64,000 nt of DNA, taken from NCBI GenBank assembly GCA_964016885.1, contig OZ024763.1, positions 20,088,001 through 20,152,000 of the forward strand, written 5' to 3'. Below are positions 53,865 through 64,000 of this stretch, piece after piece (the stretch's first letter is position 1; each line of letters opens with the position of its first letter). The notes below the pieces were generated by a model. The model was not told where the DNA came from and ran no database searches. It was given only the letters and a program-made list of their open reading frames with translations. The translations under genes and the position numbers were made by a program. The stretch comes from Eledone cirrhosa (taxonomy: Eukaryota).

Positions 53865-56400
53865 CATTAGATATCCATGGATATCTCATAGATCGCTTTG
53901 CATATCTGCAGATAGTAGACATCATATATCCATGGATATTTCCTAGTTCAGACTTATTAGATATCTCATAAGCGTCCTACATCCATGGATACTTCATAGA
54001 TATCTGTAGATATCTCACAAGCATCATATATCCATGGATACTTCATAGATATCCGTAGATATCTCACAAGCATCATATATCCATGGATACATCATAGATA
54101 TCCGTAGATATCTCACAAGCATCATATATCCATGGATACATCATAGATATCCGTAGATATCTCACAAGCATCATATATCCATGGATACATCATAGATATC
54201 CGTAGATATCTCACAAGCATCATATATCCATGGATACATCATAGATATCCGTAGATATCTCACAAGCATCATATATCCATGGATACATCATAGATATCCG
54301 TAGATATCTCACAAGCATCATATATCCATGGATACATCATAGATATCCGTAGATATCTCACAAGCATCATATATCCATGGATACTTCATAGATATCCGTA
54401 GATATCTCACAAGCATCATATATCCATGGATACATCATAGACATCCGTAGATATCTCACAAGCATCATATATCCATGGATACTTCATAGATATCCGTAGA
54501 TATCTCATAAGCGTCCTATATCCATGGATACATCATAGATATCCGTAGATATCTCACAAGCATCATATATCTATGGATACATCATAGACATCCGTAGATA
54601 TCTCACAAGCATCATATATCCATGGATACATCATAGATATCCGTAGATATCTCACAAGCATCATATATCCATGGATACATCATAGATATCCGTAGATATC
54701 TCACAAGCATCATATATCCATGGATACATCATAGATATCCGTAGATATCTCACAAGCATCATATATCCATGGATACATCATAGACATCCGTAGATATCTC
54801 ACAAGCATCATATATCCATGGATACTTCATAGATATCCGTAGATATCTCATAAGCGTCCTATATCCATGGATACATCATAGATATCCGTAGATATCTCAC
54901 AAGCATCATATATCTATGGATACATCATAGACATCCGTAGATATCTCACAAGCATCATATATCCATGGATACATCATAGATATCCGTAGATATCTCACAA
55001 GCATCATATATCCATGGATACATCATAGATATCCGTAGATATCTCACAAGCATCATATATCCATGGATACATCATAGATATCCGTAGATATCTCACAAGC
55101 ATCATATATCCATGGATACATCATAGACATCCGTAGATATCTCACAAGCATCATATATCCATGGATACATCATAGATATCCGTAGATATCTCACAAGCAT
55201 CATATATCCATGGATACATCATAGATATCTGTAGATATCTCACAAGCATCATATATCCATGGATACATCATAGATATCCGTAGATATCTCACAAGCATCA
55301 TATATCCATGGATACATCATAGATATCCGTAGATATCTCACAAGCATCATATATCTATGGATACATCATAGACATCCGTAGATATCTCACAAGCATCATA
55401 TATCCATGGATACATCATAGATATCCGTAGATATCTCACAAGCATCATATATCCATGGATACATCATAGATATCCGTAGATATCTCACAAGCATCATATA
55501 TCCATGGATACATCATAGATATCCGTAGATATCTCACAAGCATCATATATCTATGGATACATCATAGACATCTGTAGATATCTCACAAGCATCATATATC
55601 CATGGATACATCATAGATATCCGTAGATATCTCACAAGCATCATATATCCATGGATACATCATAGATATCCGTAGATATCTCACAAGCATCATATATCCA
55701 TGGATACATCATAGATATCCGTAGATATCTCGCAAGCATCATATATCCATGGATACATCATAGATATCTCACAAGCATCATATATCCATGGATACTGCAC
55801 ATCTATCCGTAGATATCTCACAGACATCAGATATTCATGGATATTAAATTGATTTATTAAATATCTGTAGATATCTCACGAGCTTGAAATATCCATGGAT
55901 ATTTCATAACTTATTAGATATTTGTATATATTTCGCGATCATCAGATATCCATGGATATTTCATAATTCAGACTGATTTAATGAGTATGCAATATCCATG
56001 GATATCTGATGCTCGCGAAATACGGATATCTAATTGGTCTATGAACTATGAGATATGCACAGATATCTGATGTCTGCAAAGTATCTACGAATAGATACTT
56101 TGCAGACATCAGATATCTGTGCATATCTCATAGTTCATAGACCAATTAGATATCCGTATTTCGCGAGCATCAGATATCCATGGATATTGCATACTCATTA
56201 AATATCCATAGACACCTTGCAGACATCAGATATTCATGGATACTTCATATTCATCAGATATCCGTAAATATCTCATAGAGCCATTAGATATCCGTCGGAT
56301 ATCTCACAGGTCCATAAGATGTCCGTAGATATCTCACGGACCCATCAGATATCCACTAATATCTCCCGGGCATCAGATATCCAGTGATATCCCAGACTCA
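53865..56400. repeat. 49-bp palindrome-rich satellite (homogeneous core about 53980-55790, diverged flanks)
   Basis: ATATCCATGGATACATCATAGATATCCGTAGATATCTCACAAGCATCAT; period 49. Confidence 0.95.
55976..56203. repeat. Perfect 112-bp inverted repeat with a 4-nt loop (CGAA)
   Basis: Arms 55976-56087 and 56092-56203 are exact reverse complements by manual comparison. Confidence 0.92.
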
Positions 56401-56991
56401 TATGTGATAACTACCTACTATACATTCATCCATGCTAGATTTTATCGTATCCATTAAGGTGTCACAGACAGTCGCTATTATTCTTTGGGTTTTGTACTGT
56501 TTTTCTTTTTTTTTCGTTTATTGGACTACAGCCGGCCATGCTGGGGAAACATAGGGGTGAGTTGGGGAAAGGGGGTTTTGGACTTTGAATCATTTGGCCG
56601 GACATAAATACCAAAAGGTATTTCCGTTCGAATATACCGTTTTTTATTTTTTTTTATTTTTGTTCACCCCTACTCTCACATGAACCGACACACTCACATA
56701 ATACATACACACACACACACATATATATACACACACATACATAATACATATATATACACACACAAACACATGCATACACATAATACATGCATACACACGC
56801 ATACACACATGCATACACTTACATATATATATATATATTCACACACACACACACATATATATATAGAGATATATAAACATATGTAATACACACATGTATA
56901 CACACACACACACACACACATATAGACATATATAAACATGTGTAATACACGCATATGTATACATCACGCACACGCACATATATAGACAGAT

Positions 56992-57041
<50 letters not shown>

Positions 57042-57189
57042 GCAGACAGATACATACACACATATATATAGTTGTCGACAGTGTCTTTGAACATGTCAAC
57101 ATGACTATTGACCTGTTCAGAAACAGTTATATATTGTGTAATAGGCGTCTTATATACCGAAGACTTTCTTAGAGGAGATTGTCTTAATA

Positions 57190-58050
57190 GTAACCATACC
57201 ATTTTGATGGAAACCATACCGGCTTGATGGGAACATACCTTCTTGGTAGAAACTGTACCATTCTGATATGGAAAACCTTACTATCTTGATCAAAATCATA
57301 TTTTGATAGGTAAATTATACCATTTTGATATTGAAAACCTTACCACATATTTTGATATGGAAAACATACAATTTTGATACAGAAAAAAAAAAATATAAAA
57401 TTACCATTTTGATATGGTAAAACACACCATCTCGATATGGTAAACCATACCGTCTTGATAAAAACCATACCATTTTGATATAGAAAATCTTACCATTTTC
57501 ATATTGAAAACTGTACCATTTTGACATTTGAAAACCATACCATTTCATATTGAAAACTGTATCATTTTCATATTGAAAACTGTATCATTTTCATATTGAA
57601 AACTGTATCATTTTCATATTGAAAACTGTATCATTTTCATATTGAAAACTGTATCATTTTGACATTGAAAACCATACATTTTCATATTGAAAACTATCAT
57701 TTTCCTATTGAAAACCTTACCATTTTCATATTGAAAACTGTATCATTTTCATATTGAAAACTGTATCATTTTCATATTGAAAACTGTATCATTTTCATAT
57801 TGAAAACCTTACCATTTTCCTATTGAAAACCATACCATTTTCATATTGAAAACTGTATCATTTTGATATGGAAATTCTTAACATTTTGATAAAAACCATA
57901 CCATTTTTATATGGAAAACATATCGTTTTGATAAGTAAAACATACCCTCTTGATAAAAACCATACCATTTTGATATAGTAAACATACCATCTTAAGTAAA
58001 CCATTATATTTTGATAGGTAAAACATAACGTCTTGGTGGTAAACACTCGA
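57190..58050. repeat. 23-bp minisatellite ATTTTCATATTGAAAACTGTATC (homogeneous core about 57540-57860)
   Basis: Seen directly; the unit contains the TTTTCA-tat-TGAAAA dyad. Confidence 0.88.
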
Positions 58051-58194
58051 CCAACATCTCTTGTAACAATGTATTTCCCAGTAGAACATTGAATATAAGT
58101 GTATAACAAACAGTATAAAGAAAATGAAAAACTCTGCATGAAATGCAAGGTTAACGAGCCAGATATTGTTCACCGAGATTTTAACGTAGACCCT

Positions 58195-58350
58195 AATAGC
58201 ATTATTAGGCCCCGCGCACATATTACGAAGAGTGTACTCAATACAATAGAACAAACACCATAAAAAAACCCCACACTGCACATACCCAAGGTGCACAGAG
58301 CTGCACCCGGTAATGCAGTGATAATGTGCAAAATAATGATGATGATGATG
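58195..58350 (+). mobile_element. Possible R4/Dong-type LINE 3' end
   Basis: Encodes AHILRRVYSIQ*, resembling the recalled R4/Dong ending LGTAHILRKVL, then a short UTR and an AAT/GAT tail. Confidence 0.45.
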
Positions 58351-58351
58351 T

Positions 58352-60570
58352 TTCTACTATAGGCACAAGGCCAGCAATTTGAAGGGGAGGGGAAAAGTCG
58401 ATTAAATCGACCCCAGTGCATTACTGGTACTTTTTATCGACCCCCGTAAGGATGAAAGGCAAAGTTCACCTCGGCGGGATTTAGTAATAATTGTTTCTAC
58501 TTTTGGTACTTTTAGCGCAAGGCCAGTAATTTCCTCAGTGTATTACTGGTACTTTGAGATAGATGATGATGATAACAAAAATAATTTTAAAAAGGGGAAG
58601 GGAGAAAAAATGAAAATTAATTTTCAAAGTAATTTAGAAATTTATTAAAAATTTGTGCAATTCAGGAATTTAAAAAGACAAAAAATATAAAATATTAGTT
58701 AAAATATTAAATTTAAAATGTAAAAGAAATGTATTTTTGAATTTATAGTGTGGTGTGTAAGTAATGGTATTACTAGGACTGGTGTCTTCCCAGTGTGGTA
58801 ACCAAGGGGTTATATGTATTGGGTGTAACCCCCACCCTATACATAACCCTTGGCTTTCCTCTCTCTACCAGACTATACAGAATAAATGATAATGGTTTCT
58901 ATTTTTGGCACAAGGCCAGCAATTATCCAGTGTATTACTGGTACTTTATGTTATCGACCCCGTAAGGATGAAAGGCAAAGTTAACCTCGGCGGGATTTGA
59001 ACTCAGATCATAAAGGGCCGTAACTCTATGCGTCAAAGCATGGCGTCCGACCCTCTACCGATACTGCCAATCCCGCCGCCCTTAGAATAAATGATAATGG
59101 TTTCTGATTTAGGCACAAGGCCAGAATTTTGGGGAAGGGGATAGTCGATTAAATCGACATCAGTGTATTACTGGTACTTTATTTTACCGTCCCTCGTAAG
59201 GATGAAAAGCAAAGCTAATTTCGGTAGGATTTGAAATCAGAATGTAAAGGGCCATAACTCTATGCTATGAAGCATGGTGTCCGACGCTCTACAAATACTG
59301 CTAATCCACCGCCCTAAAAAAACTTTCTGATTTAGGCAAAGGCCAGCAATTTGAAGGGCAGGGAAAGTCGATTAAATCGACCCCAGTGTGTTACTGGTAC
59401 TTTATTTTAACAACCCCTTTAAGGATGAAAGGCAAAGCTGACCTGGGCGGGATTTGAACTCAGAACGTAAAGGGCCGTCACTCTATGCCACAAAGCATGT
59501 TGTCCAATTCTAATCGTTTCTAACAGATACACATGGGCTAGAAACATAGAATGAGGGATCTAGTCGATTAAAGTGACCCACCCCAGGGCATCAATGGTAT
59601 TTAATGCTATCAACCCACGAAAAAATAAAATTCAAAGTGACCCCTGTCGGATTTGAACTATTTACCCTACCGCAGGGGGTTTCTTCAACCATTTATCGTT
59701 TCTGCCATGCAGCTTCATAACAACAACAACAACAATATATATATATAACAATATTAACAGCAACAACAATAATTGTTTCTACATTTGGCACAAGGCCAGC
59801 AATTAACCAGTACATTACTGGTACTTTATTTTATCGACCCCGTAAGGATAAAAGGCAAAGTTAACCTCGGCGGGACTTGAAATCAGAATGGCAAGGGCCG
59901 TAACTCTGTGTCAAAGCATGGCGTCCGACCCTCTACCGATACAACAATAATAGTTGTTTCTGCTTTTGGCACAAGGCCAGCAAATACCCAGTGTATTACT
60001 GGTACTTTATTTATCCGACCCCCGTAAGGATGAAAGGCAAAGTTTAACCTCGGCGGGATTTGAACTCAGACCGTAAAGGGCCGTAACTCTATACTGCAAA
60101 GCATTATTAATGGTCTCTGATTCAGGCACAAGGCCAACAATTTTTGGGCAATGGGGAAAGTCGATTAAATCAACCCCAGTACATTACTGGTACTTTATTT
60201 TATCGACCACCCCGTAAGGATGAAAGGCAAAGTTAACCTCGGCGGGATTTGAACTCAGAACGGAAAGGGTCGTAACTCTATGCTACGAAGCATGGTCTCT
60301 GACGCTCTACCGATACTGCCAAACCACCGCCTTCGTTTCTACTTCTGGCACAAGGCCACCAATTATCCCAGTGCATTACTGGTACTTTACTTTATCGACC
60401 CCCCATAAGGATGAAAGGCAAAGTTAACCCCGGCGGGATTTGAACTCAGATCGTAAAGGGACGTAACTCTATGCTGCAAAGCATGGCGTCCGACCCTCTA
60501 CCAATACTGCCAATCCACCGCCCTAACATGGCGTCCGACCCTCTACCGATACTGCCAATCCACCGCCCCT
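58352..60570 (-). mobile_element. Cluster of about 10 co-oriented SINE family 1 copies (two subfamilies)
   Basis: Repeated GGCACAAGGCCAGCAAT..ACTGGTACTTTATTTTATCGACCCC..GGCGGGATTTGAACTC, with or without the GGGAAAGTCGATTAAATCGAC insert. Confidence 0.88.
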
Positions 60571-60769
60571 TACAACAATAATAATAAGACTTGTTTCATG
60601 TATTGGCCACAGGGGCCGAGCAACAACAACAATAATAATAATTATAAGGATATTAATACTGAGACTAATAATATATAAAAATATTTAATTTTAAAACATC
60701 ACTATTGGAGTGAGTAATAGAAGTGTGCAGACATACAGCGATTGCATATAGAGATTTCTGAACATATAT

Positions 60770-60990
60770 ACATACATTATACATATATTTATATACATAC
60801 ATACATTATACAAACATATATACATATACATACATGGGTACATACATATATACATACATAGATACACACATATATATATATATATATATACACATTCTTT
60901 TGTGTGCGTGTGTATATATATATATATATACAGTATACAAACATATATACATATACATACATGGGTACATACATATATACATACATAGAT

Positions 60991-61030
<40 letters not shown>

Positions 61031-61087
61031 TATACAAACATATATACATATACATACATGGGTACATACATATATACATACATAGAT

Positions 61088-61129
<42 letters not shown>

Positions 61130-61141
61130 TCTTTTGTGTGC

Positions 61142-61183
<42 letters not shown>

Positions 61184-61319
61184 TATACAAACATATATAC
61201 ATATACATACATGGGTACATACATATATACATACATAGATACACATATATATATATATACATTATACAAACATATATACATATACATACATGGGTACATA
61301 CATATATACATACATAGAT

Positions 61320-61383
<64 letters not shown>

Positions 61384-61524
61384 TCTTTTGTGTGCGTGTA
61401 TATATATATATATATATATATATACATTATACAAACATATATACATATATACATACATGGGTACATACATATATACATACATAGATACACACATATATAT
61501 ATATATATACATTCTTTTGTGTGC

Positions 61525-61569
<45 letters not shown>

Positions 61570-61671
61570 AACGAGTAGGTCCTACTCGTTCCTATTACCC
61601 ACTCTACTACCCTAAGTATTGAGTACTTTGGTGCGTTATGGTCCACCTGGTTCCTTACCACATTTCCTTCG

Positions 61672-61722
<51 letters not shown>

Positions 61723-62173
61723 TTCTTTTTAGTGTATATGTATATCTACACATATATACATACATTCCTTTATATATATACATATACACGCACATTTTTT
61801 AGTGTATATGTATATCTACACATATATACATACATTCCTTTATATATATACATATACACGCACATTTTTTAGTGTATATGTATATCTACACATATTTACA
61901 TACAATCCTTTTAGTGTATATATATATATATATATATATCTACACATTCTTGTTATTGTATATATATCTACACATGTACACATACATTCTTTTTAGTGTA
62001 TATATATATATATCTACACATAAACATACTGGTATATATATATATCTACACATAGACCAATACATTCTTTTTAGTGTATATATATATATCTACAGATAAA
62101 CATACTGGTATATATATATATCTACACATATACACATACATTCTTTTTAGTGTATATATATATCTACACCCTG

Positions 62174-62200
<27 letters not shown>
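60770..62200. repeat. Two (TA)n-containing minisatellites (CATGGGTACATAC unit; ACATTCTTTTTAGTGTAT unit)
   Basis: Seen directly in the sequence. Confidence 0.85.
61566..61674 (+). mobile_element. Sister copy of the 32695-32880 element with a short terminal fold-back
   Basis: TAGGAACGAGTAGG-T-CCTACTCGTTCCTA palindrome, then sequence nearly identical to the reverse complement of 32695-32790; (TA)n on both sides. Confidence 0.7.
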
Positions 62201-62207
<7 letters not shown>

Positions 62208-62209
<2 letters not shown>

Positions 62210-62307
62210 GGATGTCCCCCCAAATATATACACACTTCAACAGCATTCTAATAAATACTATCTGTACAGGTAATAAAGTGTGTATAGATTTTGGGGGGAA
62301 CACCCTG
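62208..62307. mobile_element. Tc1/mariner-type MITE (second copy)
   Basis: CAGGATGTCCCCCAAA..TTTGGGGGGAACACCCTG|TA; internal sequence shared with 18514-18607. Confidence 0.7.
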
Positions 62308-62360
62308 TATATACACCCGCGTGCATGTGTATGTATATATATCATATATCATCATCATTA

Positions 62361-64000
62361 TCTATAAAAGGCAGATTTTTGTGTCTGTATGTATGTTTCA
62401 ATTTTATACATTTACACAATTCCAAAAATATTGAATGAATAATTAAGCAGAATGTTTACAAATATTCTAACTTGGGTCATGGGCGACCTTATTGGCTAAA
62501 AAATGCCACAATTACGGAAAAATCGATTTATTTCAACAATCGATGATTTCTCCTCTCTCATATGATATACGTTTCCTATATCTAATCCCATTCATCACCT
62601 CCCCTTAAAATTGCTACCTTCTCTTATAAGTGTTTGTGAAAAAGAGAAACATTGAAAAAAAACATATACACACATATTTGTGGGTGCATACACACACATA
62701 TATGTTGGTATGGTTACGATTGACGTCATAGAAACAGGAACGCGGGAATTTCAATCAATCAACGCATACACAGTTTGTTTTAGAAATAACAATAGCATAT
62801 AATTGTTTCTACTTTAGGCACAAGGCCAGCAATAACCCAGTGCATTACTGGTACTTTATTTTATCGACCTTGTAAGGATGAAAGGCAAAGTCAACCTCAG
62901 CGGGATTTGAACTCAGATCGTAAAGGGACGTAACAATAGCATATAATGATAAAGAGATCGGCCTTACACTTTCAAACTAAATTTTTCTGTATAAGTAACT
63001 TTAACCCTTTATTTTCGACATAAAAATACACACATACATACAAATACCTGTAAAATTTTTTGGGGGGGCCTTTCTTATCAATCTTTTTACATTCAATTAT
63101 CAGCCTTATACTTTCAAAGTCAATTTTTATGTTGAAGTAACTTTCACCCTTTATTTTTCGATACCCATTTACTTACAATAACAATATTCATAAACAGACA
63201 GTAGACTTTCAAAGAAAATTTTTCTGTAGAAGTAACTTTCACCCTTTCTTTTGGACATAAAATGCCACCTAAAAAGAGAAGTCGCTTCAGTCGACATACC
63301 GCGTCAGCAGTGGCGCAAAAGGCTACTATAGCAAACGAGTCCTCTGAGGAAAATGCTTCAAGACTTTCACAGACAGCCTTACGTTCAGCAGAATGTCGAG
63401 CCGCTGAAAGTTTCCAACAGTGCACCGCACGCCTAGCCAAAATAGCTTCATACCAGGCTTCTTCCAGGGCTTCAGAGAGCCGTGAACAAAGGTCGAAGCG
63501 CCTGGCTAGAAACGCTGCGACTAATGCTGCTGCCAGGTCTTTGGAACGTTTAAAACAACGGACGGCTCGCCTTCCTACGGACGCTGCGGCTATGACTACT
63601 TCCATGGCTTCTGAAGATGCAGACGGGCGGTCCATTAGCATTGCAAATGTTGCTTCTGCTATTGCTGCCAGACCTTCCCACCAACCACACGACCAATGTT
63701 CTACGAGACCAATGTTCGGCGAGAAGCTGCACGCGGTGTGACGAGCCCCAACAGCCCTTACTGGCACCTACGGGCTTTCAAGTATGAGCAAAACGTTAAT
63801 TACTCGATGCGCTCTGACATAAATATAGGCGAGATGCGCTTCAATTGACAATTCTGCAATGCTACAAAGTGGGCTGGGGAGCCACCTGCAATGTGCTGCT
63901 TAAATGGTAACGTCACCTTTCCCCCTCTTCCGCAACCGCCAGAGCCTTTGAAGGAACTACTGACTGGTTATACCTACCTCAAGGTCAAAAAAAAAAAACC
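62361..64000 (+). mobile_element. Helitron 5' part with a degenerate RepHel N-terminus (probably continues beyond the window)
   Basis: A|TCTATAAAAG start. ORF 63262-63741 MPPKKRS.. has ES.EQR..RL repeats. 63771-63975 encodes AFKYEQNVNY..IGEM..*QFCNATKWAGEPPAMCCLNGNVTFPPLPQPPEPLKELL. Confidence 0.82.
62804..62930 (-). mobile_element. 5'-truncated SINE family 1 copy inserted into the Helitron
   Basis: 17-bp TSD TAACAATAGCATATAAT at 62787-62803 and 62931-62947. Confidence 0.88.

Noticed and set aside
63144-63767. 207-aa minus-strand ORF
   Set aside because: Antisense shadow of the Helitron N-terminal coding region.

Overview
AT-rich, repeat-saturated animal genomic DNA, most likely from an octopod cephalopod. 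This is inferred from the SINE and RTE families and the microsatellite load and was not verified by search. Only one clear host gene is present: D-aminoacyl-tRNA deacylase 1 (DTD1, 20466-20963, minus), whose CDS is a single exon. Everything else is mobile or repetitive: two tRNA-derived SINE families (one with >20 copies), at least four RTE-clade LINE remnants, CRE-type and R4/Dong-type LINE remnants, two Helitrons, a deleted irritans-type mariner, several MITEs, and large tandem arrays (78, 45, 33-37, 49 and 23 bp units plus kb-scale (TA)n). One RTE remnant has a PHD finger inside the RT domain; two carry three C-terminal C2H2 fingers. Three signals stand out. (1) Several small fold-back elements in (TA)n carry type I hammerhead ribozyme cores from different sequence families, consistent with Penelope-like or retrozyme-like elements. 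(2) A head-to-tail train of RTE elements sits in (ATGT)n, and its non-autonomous members share one 5' module but carry 3' tails matching different partner LINEs. (3) Two tandem arrays can be traced to specific retroelement segments present in the same window. Nearly all long ORFs in the ORF track are artefacts of simple repeats. All family assignments are by eye and from recalled consensus motifs; no searches were run.
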